From: Octopus sinensis | Lineage: Eukaryota | Length of the DNA: 64,000 nucleotides | NCBI RefSeq assembly: GCF_006345805.1 | Contig: NC_043000.1 | Location: forward strand, 8,246,001 to 8,310,000 | Direction of reading: 5' to 3' | Shown: positions 13,075 to 26,780 of the stretch, in pieces | How the letters are laid out: each line of letters starts with the position of its first letter | How positions within the stretch are numbered: the first letter of the stretch is position 1 | Notes under the pieces: model-generated | Told to the model about the DNA's origin: nothing | The model's input: the letters and a program-made list of their open reading frames with translations, nothing else | Databases searched by the model: none | Program-made: the position numbers and the translations under genes

Positions 13075-13405
13075 GTACGTACGTACATACATACATACAT
13101 ACATGCATACATACATACACACACATACATACATACATACATACATACATACATACATACATACATGGGTTCGTGTCTTTTTGTATTGACATTGTGCAAT
13201 AGTTGTAAATGAGTATTGCTGCCATACAGGTGATGTTCTTTGTTTTCCAGTCTTCTGTGAAGACATGTCCAGCCCTGGGAAAATATCATCTTGCTTGGGA
13301 ACAGGTGAGGGTCGGTGACAAGAAGGGCATCTGACCATAGAAAATCTGCCTCAACAAATTCAATCTGACGCTTGAACATTAAAACAATGATGACAGTGAT
13401 GATGA
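12826..13405 (+). mobile_element. SINE family B (tRNA head, CORE-like, internal microsatellite) with RTE-like 3' tail
   Basis: catggctttgtggataagaagttgc..ccttgtgagtagattt..gaaactggaagaagccc, then (TACA)n, then gaagggcatctg..gatgatga. Same type at ~34980-35468(-), 42520-43495(-, several), 52340-52605, 56025-56200(-) and 59522-59892. Confidence 0.8.
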
Positions 13406-13411
13406 ACAGTC

Positions 13412-13561
13412 ATATGGAGTTTCCTCAAGGAGCTTGCTTCTCAACCACATGGTTCCAGGTTCAGTCCCACTGTGTGGCACCTTTGGCAAGTGTCTTCTGT
13501 TATAGCCTTAGGCTGACCAAAGTCTAGTGAGTGGATTTGGTGACAGAAACTGAAAGAAGCA

Positions 13562-13610
<49 letters not shown>

Positions 13611-13815
13611 TATATATATACATTTATATATATATCTATGTGTGTGTTTGTTCCCCCATCACTACTTGATAACTGGTTCAGCAAAAGAGACTGATAGAAT
13701 AAGTACTGGGCTTATTTTAAGTCCCGAGGTTGATTTGTTCGACTGAAACCCTTCAAGGCAGTGCTCCAGTATGGCCACAATCAAATGACTGAAACAAGTA
13801 AAAGAATAAAAGAAT
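13412..13815 (+). mobile_element. SINE family B with alternative tail (ATGACTGAAACAAGTAAAAG)
   Basis: caaccacatggttccaggttcagtcccactgtgtggcacctttggcaagtgtcttc..gctccagtatggccacaatcaaatgactgaaacaag. Same type at 1-25, 14170-14705(-), 16030-16362(-), 32738-32985(-), 38820-39231(-), 45358-45655(-), 47975-48200(-), 58835-59300(-) and 60612-61045. Confidence 0.85.
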
Positions 13816-14324
13816 AAACTGATTGTTCTGAATCTGTCATCGTCTATTGTTGACTTATACTTTCCCTTTTTGTTCTGTTTTGATTTTTGATACATTGTCC
13901 ATAAACTAAATACTTACCACAGCTGAAAGTAGGAAATACCAGCTAATCTGAACAAGTGCCAAACAGTGGTCTAAACAACATTATTAAATGTAGCTATATA
14001 TCACGTCATACATTGTTAACAACTTGATATGTAAGTTTTTTGACGAAAATCTTTGACATGCATCAGAAATTCATGTCAATGACATTTTAAAAATATTGTT
14101 TGTTAGATTAGTTTTTTGCTAAATGAGGCACTATAAGGTTGGTAAAATATCAAGAATGATTTTCCTTTCATTTTCCTTGTACTTGTTTCATTCATTAGAC
14201 TACAACAGTGCTGGGGTACTGCCTTGAAGGGTTTAGTTGAACAAAACCCCAATAAACAAATCAACTCTGGTTGTCAAACTGTAGAGTGGGAGCAGGCAAA
14301 CACAGACACAAGGACATGAGTGGG

Positions 14325-14544
14325 TGAGTGGGGTGCTGAAAAGTTCCTGGTTTTGGGTAAAAGAAAATACAGGAGGATCAGTTAATTATGGTTTTATCTA
14401 ACTTATTCCCTTCTCAGATTCACACACTTATTGCAGTGGTCCGTCAGTTTTTCTAAGCCCTGTAAAAGAACTTGGGAGGTTGGGCCTCCAACCAGGCCTT
14501 TCACGATGCCCTTTCAACCAGGAACCTTTCCACACCTCCTCGTA
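14325..14544 (-). mobile_element. Mariner-derived MITE inside a family B SINE
   Basis: TIRs GGGGTGCTGAAAAGTTCCTGG / CCAGGAACCTTTCCACACCTCCTCGTA; reverse-complement copy at 62051-62269. Confidence 0.75.
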
Positions 14545-14707
14545 TATATATAGTGGCATCAATATGATGAGCTTCTTTCTATAAGACACTGGCTAGCTTG
14601 GAGTTATAGTAGAAAACACTTGCTCAAGGTGCTGTGCAGTGAGATTGAATATGACACTGTGTAGTTACAAAATGAGCTTCGTAGTCATACAGCCATGTTT
14701 GCACCTG

Positions 14708-15366
14708 TCTTATTTCTTTATTGCCCACAAGAGGCTAAACACAGAGGGGACAAACAGGGACAGACAAAGGGATGATTAAGTCGATTACATTGACCCCAGT
14801 GCGTAACTGGTACTTAAGGCGGCGAGCTGGCAGAAATGTTAGCACGCCAGGCAAAATGCGTAGCTGTATTTCGTCTGCTGTTACGTTCCGAGTTCAAATT
14901 CCGCCGAGGTCGACTTTGCCTTTCATCCTTTCGGGGTCGATGAAATAAGTACCAGTTACGCACTGGGGTCGATATAATCGACTTAATCCGTTTGTCGGTC
15001 CTTGTTTGTCCCCTCTGTGTTTAGCCCCTTGTGGGTAGTAAAGAAATAGGTACTTAATTTATCGACCCCTAAAGGATGAAAGGCAAAGTCGACCTCGGCG
15101 GAATTTGAACTCAGAACGTAACAATGAGCAAAATACCTATTTCTTTATTACCCACAAGAGGTTAAACAGAGAGGGGACAAACAAGGACAGACATAGGTAT
15201 TAAGTCGATTACATCGACCCCAGTGCATAACTGGTACTTAATTTATCGACCCTGAAAGGATGAAAGGCAAAGTCAACCTCGGTGGAATTTGAAATCAGAA
15301 TGTAAAGACAGACAAAATACCGCTAAGCATTTCGCCTGGTGTGCTAATGATTCTACCAGCTCGCCA
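14708..15366 (-). mobile_element. Dimeric family A SINE (head-body-body) hosting a nested + strand copy
   Basis: Head at ~15366-15300, body repeated twice; the second body is split at GGTACTTAA. Confidence 0.9.
14818..15048 (+). mobile_element. Young full-length family A SINE
   Basis: GGCGGCGAGCTGGCAGAAA (A-box like) and GAGTTCAAATTCC (B-box like), CpGs largely intact, 9-bp TSD GGTACTTAA (14809-14817, 15049-15057). Confidence 0.92.
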
Positions 15367-16799
15367 ACCACACAAAAACACAATTATTGTTAGAGTACTT
15401 GGATACATGAGTCTTTTCTATAGTTTACACATTTTGGAAAGGTGTATAGTGTAGTTGAGCAAACCCTTGTATCTTGTGTCAGCACAAGAAAATGTATGCA
15501 GACGCAGAAATGGCAATGATTACTTCATATTTGAGTTTCACTTTATATTAGCTATGCCATTGTCATAATTTGTTGTATTTCTTATGCCATTGTTCAATTA
15601 ATGTATAATGACAAGCGTGTCACCGTAATTGGTTTGTGAGGAAGTTTGATATTTTAGTACAATCTGCTCACGTGATAATATTGTGGCCTACATTTTCTCA
15701 GATATTTTCGTGGGCAATATGACATTGTATCTATCATTCCACACCCTTGAAATATTTGTCTATATTGCATATGATTTTTTTATCTTACGCAGTATGATAT
15801 GTTGAGATTATGACGATGATATTAAAAAGTACTGTGAATGTTACTGTAATTATTTTATTTTCAAATCAATGCTTCTTTTTTTTTGAGCTTTCTTGGCGTC
15901 TCTGAATGTCAATTTCTCAGTTGCATAACAAATTGTTTTGTGTATAAGAACTATGTATACATACACCACATATATATACGCGAATATATATAGACACATA
16001 CAAATGCACAAACTCTCAGACCCACTCACACGAATTTTAGTTGAATGAATCAACCCTGCTATTTATTGATTTTTCTAAAGCCTGGTACTTATTCTGTCAG
16101 TCTCTTTTGTCGAACTGCTTGGTTAAGAGGACATAAACGCACCAACAACAGTTGTTAAGTGGGAGTGGTGGACACAGACACAAACACACACACACACACA
16201 CTTGTTTCATTTTCTGCCTACCAAATCTGCTCACAAGGATTGGATCAGCTTGAGACTATAAGAAAAGTCACTTGCTTAAGGTGTTAAGCAGAGGGAATGG
16301 GATTGAACCCTGAACCATGCGGTTGGGAAGCAAACGTCTTACCACGCAACCACACCTGCACCCACAAATGTATTGACCAGAATAAAATCATCAATTGCTA
16401 TTCACATCCACCCCACTTCTGTTTTAACACCACATACAAAAACATGACATCTAAGACCAACTTCAACTACAAACTTATGCTTAACCCTGGCAGGTAAGCA
16501 CTTTTTTGGTCAATACATATGCCCCAACACCCACAGATAACTTTCACATTCACAAAATAGCAACACGATAAAGAGCTATCTATACTACACACATACTCAT
16601 GTTTGAATGCACACGATTACACAGTTTCTGACTGTTGTATGCATACCCATACTTGCATGGTGGAAGTCAACTTGTGTTCAGGTATAGCCACTTTTTGGAA
16701 AGTTATAAATTTCCTGGATATCATCAAAGAAACTCACAAAGAGAGGACAATGATTTGAGGACAAGGTGCTGGATTTCTGTTCAATTCTTTGTTTTGACA

Positions 16800-17430
16800 A
16801 CCTTTTCAAGGTATTTCTTGATTAACAGTGAGCAGTGCTATCTCAAGAAAAGGCTGCTCAATCATTCAAGTTTCTGCCAAATCACTCCATTGCCATAGTT
16901 CAGAAAAAAAAAAGTGACCAATATTTGAAGTTACCTCTGTGCAGGTTTTCAGTTAAATACTTCCAGTTGGCTAAGACTTTATTTTCCCCTACTTTCACTA
17001 CTGCAGGATCTTTTTTTTTTTGCTATTGTATATTTTCCAAGAGGTTTTGGTGTATGAAATTGATTATAATGAATGAAGCATGCATAGAACTGAACTTTGC
17101 AGATAAACAATTTCCTCCCAATTGCCAATTATTGGCTGGGATGACCAAAAACTAAATGATCCTCAGAAACTGAATGGTCACCAGAATAGTCTTGTCCTAG
17201 ACTGATGTTCCTACAAGAACTAGACATTCATCAGTCCCAGGTGATTTTGAGACACACTTGTTGACCCTCATCTGTAATTCTGTGCCCCATACACAACTGC
17301 TAAATAGTTGTTGGACCTATGCTGGGTTCATTTTCCTTTTTGTCCTGTTGAGCTTCTAGCAACCCTCCTCACCAAACAAACCTGGTTAAGGAAGGCTCAT
17401 TCACTCCCCAATGATCTGATTATGCAGCAA
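16800..17430 (+). pseudogene. Highly decayed Tc1/mariner-superfamily transposase
   Basis: Ordered remnants IIMNEACIELN..NCQ (cf. IIFSDEAHF.LN..NCR), DPQKL (HPQKV), CAPYTTAK..VHFP (GA..HT..FP) and a degenerate W...SP.DL. Confidence 0.4.
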
Positions 17431-18300
17431 GGTTTACCAGACTACATGTTACTAATAACACTTATAAATGATCTGACCGATGGCCACTGCAAAACAAAAC
17501 AAATCCTAGCAGAGACATGCTCATACTAATGTGTGCACACACACACTTCCAACCATGTACACACACACACACACTTGATCAACAAATACACCACTTTGAG
17601 TATCAGCTGCACACCCCATTCTACCAAACCCACTCCAGCCACTACTGGTCTGGTTTGACCATCCAGCATCCACTGGCAGTTTGGTTCCACTATTCAACTT
17701 TCATGTTATAAACTGGCTACCCTTATTAAAACCTACTCACACACACATACAGAAGGATCAGCATGGCAACACTACAGCCTTCCACTGACAAACATGTCTA
17801 CCCAGTATGTACACACAGATGGAATTAGCACTTTATGCAACACACAAATACATGCACACAAAAACACCTATTTATCTACACACACATACACACACACACA
17901 TGTATAAATGTTAACCATTTTCATACACACACACAATCTAGCATGACAAGGTGTGCATGTACATTCACATGCAATAATCTCATACATTAAAACTAAACAC
18001 ACACATACAAGACCACATGAGCTATTCACCCACATGCATGCACTAACATGCTTAGAAAGGTGTACACAAATACAAACCACTTTCATTCACATGCACATAG
18101 ACTAACACAGATTGCACATATATAGCCTCATAAACATTCATACATGCACAAAATATAGTAAGCTCAAATCTCTCATAGCACTTGTATGTACACAATGATG
18201 TGACAAAGCTACACTCACATAAGCCAGTACGATAAATCACACACGTTTAGTAATATACATAAACATACAGATATAGACACCATACCCAGACATAAATACA

Positions 18301-18565
18301 TCCAGACTGGCCCCGTGCCACCGGCACGTAAAAAGCACCATCCGATCGTGGCCGTTTGCCAGACTCGTCTGGCAACTGTGCCGGTGGCACGTAAAAAGCA
18401 CCCACTACACTCATGGAGTGGTTGGCGTTAGGAAGGGCATCCAGCCGTAGAAACACTGCCAGATCTGACAGGGCCTGATGAAGCCTTCCAGCTTCACAGA
18501 CCCCAGTTGAACTGTCCAACCCATGCCAGCATGGAAAGCAGACACTAAACGATGATGATGATGAT
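18301..18565 (+). mobile_element. RTE 3' UTR fragment
   Basis: Same tail as 48885-50049; ends in (GAT)n. Confidence 0.85.
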
Positions 18566-19198
18566 ATCTATATTACCATTCAACAAACTGATGTACTCAC
18601 ATGAACAATGATAAACACATAAGAAAGCACATAATACCCACACATACTCTGCTACCTTGTATCCTGTGACAGTAATCAATTGTTTTGCTTTAAACTTTTA
18701 TTTTGCTTGTATGTCTTTGAACAGCCAATTATTAAGCAATACATGGCCACATGCATATACCTACAAACACACATTCTTACACATGCATATACATGCACAA
18801 ATGCAAACAAACATACACATACACACACAAGCACTTATGTATGCGCGTACCCAATAACATGATGTAAAAGCTATACTCACACACCCACAAACTAATAAAC
18901 ACATGTTTTAGCTTCATAAATCGCACAGTGAATATACACATACAAATACATACTCTCGCTCCTTTCTTGTCATTTAAACCAAGAAACATACACACATACA
19001 CACGCATACCTATGTAGTCAACAAGACAATTCCACACTCCTCTATATAATATACACATACATACATATCAATATACACACATGCCTACTATTCAGTATGA
19101 GATAATTTTATAACCTTAACATAACATACACTCTCCTCCAACTCATATACACACCCCAACTTACACACACACACACTCATATATACACTTATATATGT

Positions 19199-19455
19199 GT
19201 GTGTCGGTGGCACATAAAAAACACCATCCGAGCGTGGCCGTCTGCCAGCCTCGTCTGGCACCTGTGTCGGTGGCACATAAAATCACCCACTACACTCTCG
19301 GAGTGATTGGCGTTAGGAAGGGCATCCAGCTGTAGAAACACTGCCAGATCTGACTGGCCTGGTGCAGCCTTCGGGCTTGCCAGACTCCAGTTGAACCGTC
19401 CAACCCATGCTAGCATGGAAAGCGGACGTTAAACGATGATGATGATGATGATGAT
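19199..19455 (+). mobile_element. RTE 3' UTR fragment
   Basis: Same tail, ends in (GAT)n. Additional copies at ~11650-11767, 29496-29792(-), 40875-41005(-), 48212-48527 and 55307-55567. Confidence 0.85.
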
Positions 19456-20384
19456 ATATATATATATATACATATACATATAGAGGTGTGTAAGGTATAC
19501 AGATATGTGTTAAAGTATACATGCATACATCTATATATATACATACATATATACCTAAACACAACATAACACTCAAATATACCCACATTTCCACACAAAC
19601 ATACTATAATCATAAATCAAACACACATGATATGCATTTGTAAACCATACATGCTTACACACGTGCTCTCTCTCTCACACACACACACAAATTGGTACTG
19701 GTTGTAAAACCAATGACATTTATTAATCAAAACCAACCTCTTCTTCCAACCCTGTACAATTCACACGCCTTACCATTTACAAATATACAAATGAGTGTAT
19801 GTAAGCACACACACACACAAACATTGATTACCTACATAAATGTCTTTGATGATTTACAGTCAGCAGGAATTTTATATATTTATGGTACCCAAGAGACACT
19901 GCTACCTGGTTAAAACTAATCACATACATCTGCATACACTCCCACAATTTAATTTCCCCTGGGCCGATAGCTATTCCTGCTTGACTTACTGAAACAGACA
20001 GCTCATCCCTAAAGCCCTAAGGCTGATTGCCAATAAATATATCCACTCTGCCTTCTATATGCATCAAGTAATCATTTAAGCCATGGTCTTTCTGGCCCTC
20101 TACCAGTAATACCACACACACACATTCATAATCTTTGATTTGACATTTGCTTTTTCTATGGTAGCATGGGTTGAATGAGAGTAATAATGACTGGATGCCT
20201 TCCCTGTTTCCAACCCTTGTTTTCCAAGTAAAGCATTTCTCTTTATCCCACTTGGTATTCAAACAGAATCAAACCACAAAGTATTGGGTTGGTTATTAAT
20301 AAACACTATATCTCTCCATCTGTCTACTTACATGTCTTCTGTCTACCTGTTTGTCTGCCTGTCTATCTGTCTCTATACATCTAT

Positions 20385-22045
20385 AATCATCATTTTTACG
20401 CCTGTTTTTTCATGCTTGCATGGATTAGAGGAGTTCTTTGCAGCACAGCATCCTACCACTTGTTGAGTTCTTTTGTCTTCTCTTATTGAGGTTCAGCTTC
20501 CTGAGATTAGCTTTCACCATTTCTACCTGTATTTTCCTTGGTTTCCTCTGCTGTTTCCATCCATATGAATCTCTTGGCTCTTTTTCTCCCACCTGTCATC
20601 ATCCGTATGCATTACATGTCCATTTCTATCTTCCACACTACAATTCATTCTCTCACAGCTCATTTGTGTCTTGTCAATCATGCACACTAATGGACTAAGC
20701 TTACTTCATTTCTTTCAAACCTTTCTACATCCTCTGCATTCAATGCTTAAGTCTCACTGTGATGCAGTATTGTAGTTTGTTCACAAGCAATCTACACTTT
20801 GCTCCCTTGTCAGCAGAGATAATAGCTTCGTGCACATTTTCCATTCTATTCTAATTTTGGATACTTTACTTTCAGGATGCCCTCATTCACTGCTTATTAA
20901 GTTGCCTGGTCACCAAAAGCTATCATCTATTCTATAAAGCTTTCTGAGGATTGTAAGGAATTTATCTTGATGCTACTCTGAGCATTCACTACTCCTGTTC
21001 ATTTGCCAAAGGCAAGTTGACAGCAAAGTCTTTATTTGCTGTCAGCTTGCCTTTCATTCAACTTTGATTCTGTAGTATTCCACCACTATGTTACTTTTTG
21101 TCTAGCTGATGCCTTGCTCCAACTATAGATCTACCTTAGCTTTCAACAAGTTATGGAAGCTGCCAAATTATCCTCTAAGTTATAGACCTGTATATCTTCT
21201 TTTTTATTATACACCTCATCTTGTATCACTCTGAATCTAAATTTTGCAATAGAGTATTTTAGTTTCCACACCTTTTCTTTTTCTTGACTGTCTTTTACCT
21301 CTCAGTCTATTTGACTCTTATTCTGAAATCAGTAAGCAACAGTCTATATTGGGTGAGATATTCTTCAACAGGAAAAGACATAGCATTTATAACTATTTGT
21401 CTATCCTATTTCCTGGTGAAAACAAAATCTACCTGACTTGCAAGTTGATCTGACTGGAAGATGATCAAGTGGCTGCTTGGTTGCCTGAATTCACTTGAAT
21501 CACAGAACTTTAAAAGCCCCAATTTCTTTAGAACCATATCCATAATTCTAGAGAACACCATGTACTCCAGAATAGCTATCATCATACTACCTAACTTGTC
21601 CAACAAAGTCACAGCTATTTATTATTGAGGTGATTTGCAAGTGAGCTTGTTAAAGCTGCTGTTTTGCTTATAAATTAGTTCTGATTGTGGGGTGTAGGCA
21701 GAGTTAACAGTTGCTGTTGCTTTGTCTGTAAATAGCCTGAGCTTAATTATCCTGTCTCATGCCATTTTACCACAATTACATTATCTGTACAACTTTTAAC
21801 CACTAAAATACTTACACCACCTAATCCAGCCTTGTTACCTACTCAGAAGAATTTGTATCAGTGTTCATTGCCTGTAAAGAGTCTAGCTGAGACTCCACAA
21901 CATCTTACCTCTTGCACACAGCATACATCTTGCCTCTACTCTGGCAGCTCTGTAATCTCATGAGATCTTTTATTTTACACTAACAAAGAAGATGATCTCC
22001 TACTGTCGGATGCTTGATGTTTCCTTCCTACACCTGAAAGAGAAT
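20385..22045 (-). mobile_element. Old, internally deleted RTE-clade LINE (APE endonuclease and ORF C-terminal remnants)
   Basis: Minus strand reads DVCCVQEVR (~21930), GLGGVSIL, SAYTPQ (~21700) and SQVDFVFTR (~21430) in APE order; RTE-type end CATGCAAGCATGAAAA..GATG near 20390-20425. Confidence 0.75.
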
Positions 22046-23264
22046 ATGCCATCACATGATGATGGCTGAAGAGTTTTTGCACATGGCCAAATGTTTCCAC
22101 TAATCCACCTTGTTACTATGCACAGTACAACATGATGAGTGTTAGTCTTGTGTTTGCAATAAGAGCTTTTCACTGTGATAGACCTTTGATTAGCTTTAGT
22201 ATTGTTTTACAGACTGGACTACTCATTTTGTTACCAATCACATTACAGCAGGGTCTAGGAGCATTTCTTCATTACAACAGCACTAAAGTGTCTTCTCCAT
22301 ATTTCCAGTTTTTATTCAGAATGCACCTCTCCTGGATACTAGGTAGGTTGCCTTCACTAAGGTTTATGGAGTCCACATCTTGTATGTGCAGGCAATTTAA
22401 TGAAGTTACCTCTCTTCTAGACAGTTTGCCTTCATTTGGGCTTATAACATCCATCTTTCCCCATGTAAGTAAGTTCAAAGCTTACACCTCCTCATAGACA
22501 GGTTGTTGGGGTGTAAAAGAAGGATGAGAAGGGGAAAGAGAAAAGTAAGAGGGATATAAGGGAGGAGGCTGATTGATGGAGGATGTATCAGAAAGACATG
22601 TAGGTATGAGGTAACGGACAGGTCCTATGATTGAGAGGAGAGGGACAAGAAAGAGAGATATGAAAGGAGCATAAAAAGATGGTGTATGAGAGGGGGTGGT
22701 ATTAGATAGATCATATGGCAGAGAGGAGAAGGGAGAGAAAGGTGTGTGGAACAAAGAAAAGTGAGTATGTGAAAATGGAGTCCACATCGACTGGAACTGA
22801 TATTGAAAGCATAGAAATCCAAAGAAATTTTTAAAGAAAAACATTAAAAAATACAGTGGAGTTGGGATTATGTTTTGAAACTCTGCCAAAATGTTTGCCA
22901 AATCTTTAATGTCTGATGTTTCAAAACATCATAGATTATAATAAAAATGTTAGAAGTGTTTTGAAAACCTATACTGAAATGAATAAGTACATAAGTGATT
23001 TTTAACAAGACAGCATTTAAACGCAGCAATGATGTAAAGCAATGACACTGAGTACATTTTAGCAAATTGATAATTTTCATTTTGAGCTACATTTTCCATT
23101 TACCAAATTCACTTATAAATTGAACATTTACTTATTTCTGTGTACTTGCAATTTATGTTTCAAATATTGGTGACTCACCATTAAAGTAACTTGCTTTGCA
23201 GCTGTCCATGTCCAAAGTTAGATACCATGACATAGTCATCTATATCGTTAGTGCAGTGAGTGAC

Positions 23265-23570
23265 GGCACATGGCTTCATGGTTAGGATATTTGGCCCATG
23301 ATTGTAAGGTTGTGAGGTCAATGCCTGGCAGCATGTTGTGTCCTTGAACAAGACACTTCATCTCATGTTGCTCCAGTCCACTCAGCGGGCAAAAACAAAG
23401 TTTACTAGTACTTTGTTTCAGGGTACCAGCCTTGTCACATTCTGTGAGAAATATGTTAAGTGTCTGTGTGTCTGTGGAGTACTCGGCCACATGCATGTTA
23501 ATTTCACTAGCAGGCAGTTCCATAGATCGGATCAACTGGAACCATCATTGTTGTAACCAACAGAATCCTA
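23265..23570 (+). mobile_element. SINE family C
   Basis: tRNA-like head, gtgtccttgaacaagacactt core, tail ccagccttgtcaca..ggatcaactggaacc shared with 56495 and 60136. Confidence 0.75.
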
Positions 23571-23599
23571 GTTACTGCAGTTGATCTCTTCGTTATCTT

Positions 23600-24450
23600 C
23601 TATGCCACCGTCAAATGAACCAGCTTCATCTTATTCCCCCAAAAAGGATATCGTCTTCATTGGCATCCACTGTATTTGTAATGCACCATTATGGTTTCAG
23701 AGGAGCTCTGTTACTCTCCCAGTATCTGTGTTCACACCAGGGAAAGATCTGGACACTGAATGTGGCCTGCCAAAGCAATGAACTTGCACTTTTCTGTTAG
23801 CCTGTGGTTTCACTTGACACAAACATACAACTTTGAATGACTTGTTAATGCTGACATTTAGTGGTCTTAATAATTGGTCAACTCACCAAGAATGATGACA
23901 GGATTGGTTTTCATGTATTTCAGTTGCCATTTCACTTCAAGCTGTCAATGGCTTTTAAATGTGCTAAGCACTAGTAAGAGTGATACTTTCAGCATGCAAC
24001 CTAGGTGTTTCCTCAACACTGTTTTGATCCAGTCATTATCTTCTCATGGACGTGAAACTCCATTCCTTTTGGATCCATTTCTCGAGAAGGAAACGTGTCA
24101 GATTTTTTTCCTCCTCACCAGTCATAGTCAACATTATTGTAAAATGGCTCTGGAAATCAGCTATTAAGATGCAGGAGTCAAAAGTCAGCTCTGTGTCTGA
24201 TCTACACTTCCAATCACTGACAGGTACTCCTTGTCCTTGAAATCAACTTTTTATATGTACGAGGATGTCAAACGTTAGCTGGGTGTCTGATCTGCATTTT
24301 CAATCTATGACAAGTCATTTTGCCATCTGATAATAGAGTACTGATAGCCTTGTACTTAGTCCTTGAAATTTGCAGATATTGTGCTCCGAGAGTCTGACAA
24401 GAAATTGACAATTTATGTTTCTCCGCAAAGCACTGAATCCCTTTCAACAC
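23600..24450 (-). pseudogene. Decayed pogo/Tigger-type DDE transposase
   Basis: Minus strand remnants in order: FTIMLT, PKGM.FHVHE, DWIKTVLRKHLG, LLVLSTFKSH (cf. LLVWDSFRAH), VIILGELT (VIPGGLT), LRPLNVSINKSFK (LQPLDVSINKPFK). Confidence 0.75.
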
Positions 24451-24494
24451 TGGCCTTGGAATCTGTGATTTTCAACACCTTGAGATACTTGTGC

Positions 24495-24533
<39 letters not shown>

Positions 24534-24797
24534 ACATGTAGTAAATATGTGTATGTGTGTGTATATTCATAAATATTGACAATTTACAGCTTTGCTTGTC
24601 ACTTCTGAGTAACAAGCTCATTTTCTTTGCTAGCATTACTAATGGTTGTTTTCTGCTTCTAAAGCCCAGTTGAATAAAAAAAAAATTGCTTACTAAAATA
24701 ACATTTATGGGTTTATGTCAAGAAATATTCCTCAAAACGAGTCCCAGTCCAACCTATGGTAACTTGGAAAAAGCCAGGCTTAAATGAACAAATGTGT

Positions 24798-24841
<44 letters not shown>

Positions 24842-26330
24842 TGATACTGCATTGGAATTTAGATGCTTAGATATTCATTTTTTTCCCCCCTTTGTGTTTG
24901 TATTTGGGTAGCATAACAATTTACAAGTTTGCATGACAGTTCTGACTACTGTAAATCCATTTTAAGTACAAACAATATTTCATTCAGAAGCATACCCCTA
25001 GATTAAGAAATTCCTTATTGCTTCAGCTGCAATCTTTATTTATTTTACTTGTGAGATTTAACTGATTTTTATTTCTCCCATTGGTTAAAATTGATGAAAA
25101 GCGGCAAGCAAACAAGTAAAAATTCTAATTTATTCTTTGTTTGGTCTTTCAAGAATGGCTATCAGTTAATAAATTTTACCATCTCAATATTTATGAATTT
25201 TTTTTTCTCTCTAATTTTCAAATCCTCTGGCAGTTTAAATGAGAAAAATTCTCATGCAAATGTTAAATAATTTTTTTTTTTTTTTTTACCTTTTGTTATC
25301 TTGCTGTATGAATTTGAATGTTATTTATATATCATTGGAATAATCCAGCATCGAGGAAAATAAATGAACTCTCGTTCTATCATATATTCATGATAAAAAC
25401 AAACAGACAAACCCTCTAATAAATATTTCTGCAACAAGAACAGCTATCATCATCATCATCATCATCGTTAGTTGTATGTCTTCATTGTTCATTTTTGTTT
25501 TTCTTTAGCTTTTAACCCTTATTATTTTCAAGTAATATGAATGATGAATATTAAAACAAAATATGAAAAATATAAGTTGTTGGTCTCATTTTCATTTAAA
25601 GACTGTAAATGTATTCTATATTGCATCTGAAGGCATTCAATTTCATGCTGCATCGAAAAGAAAAAAAAAAAACGAAAAAAAATGTAAGAAATTAACGTGT
25701 ACATATAGCTATATTCTTATATTGCATTTCTAATATAATATCTAGAAACATTTAGATGTTGAGCCAAAGAAAATTAAAAGCCAACATATCTGTGGTTGTC
25801 TCGAGGCTAAAGAAACTTGTGATTATTATCTCGTCATCAATTGGTGAATTACTAACGAACTCAGTATTTTTATGCATTGTAAATCTTCTGCAGATATCAA
25901 AATGGACATTTTTTTCATTTTCTGTATTGGGGTATTTATAAACATATTCTGATGACTGAGTATGCATGTTTTAACATAAGATGATGGGAATTATATGGTT
26001 TAATCCTTTTTAATACCAACTTGCTCAAGCCCACCCCTAGTTCTATTATGGTACAAGCTTTCTGCTTTCGATTAAAATTTTCCATCAAAATTTCATGTTA
26101 ATTTCAGGTTCTGAACTGAAACCCTTTAGTGTTTACACTATTTCTGTTCAGTGTAATCATTATTTATTCACATGTTTTGAATTGATCAAGCATTATCTCA
26201 AAGTTTTGAGATTTTGATGAGGTAACTGTTAATTTTTAGAAGGATATTGTAGGGATGAGGTGAGGGGCCAGATCTGACCAGTTTGAATATAAAACAGGTA
26301 GATATGGCCTGTTTAAATACTAGAGGGTTA

Positions 26331-26780
26331 AGGCGGTGAGCTTGCAGAATCGTTAGCATGCTAAACGAAATGCTTAGTGGTATTTCGTCTGCCCGCTACG
26401 TTCTGAGTTGAAATTCCGCTGAGGTCGACTTTGCCTTTCATCCTTTCGGGGTCGACATAATCGACTTAATCCGTTTGTCTGTCCTTGTTTGTCCTCTCTG
26501 TGTTTAGCTCCTTGTGAGTAGTAAAGAAATAGGTATTTCATCTGCCGGTAAGTTCTGAGTTCAAATTCCGCTGAGGTTGACTTTGTCTTTCATCTTTCGG
26601 GGTCAATAAATTAAGTACCAGTTGATGTAATCAACTTAATCCCTTTGTCTGTCCTTGTTTGTCCCCTCTATGTTTAGCCCCTTGTGGGCAATAAAGAAAT
26701 AAGAAATGTTAGCATGCCAGGCAAACTTCTTAGTGGCATTCCCCTGAAATTGTTGACCTTGTACCAAAATTTGAAATCAG
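26331..26780 (+). mobile_element. Multimeric family A SINE (head-body-body-partial head)
   Basis: ggcggtgagcttgcagaatcgttagc head; restarts after AAGAAATA at GGTATTTC (~26532) and at AGAAATGTTAGC (~26702). Confidence 0.85.

Noticed and set aside
14818-14905. tRNA-like A and B boxes
   Set aside because: SINE head continuing into the SINE body; no cloverleaf.
22060-22800. Possible Penelope remnant (purine-rich tract plus weak GIY-YIG-like residues on minus)
   Set aside because: Too decayed to support by eye.
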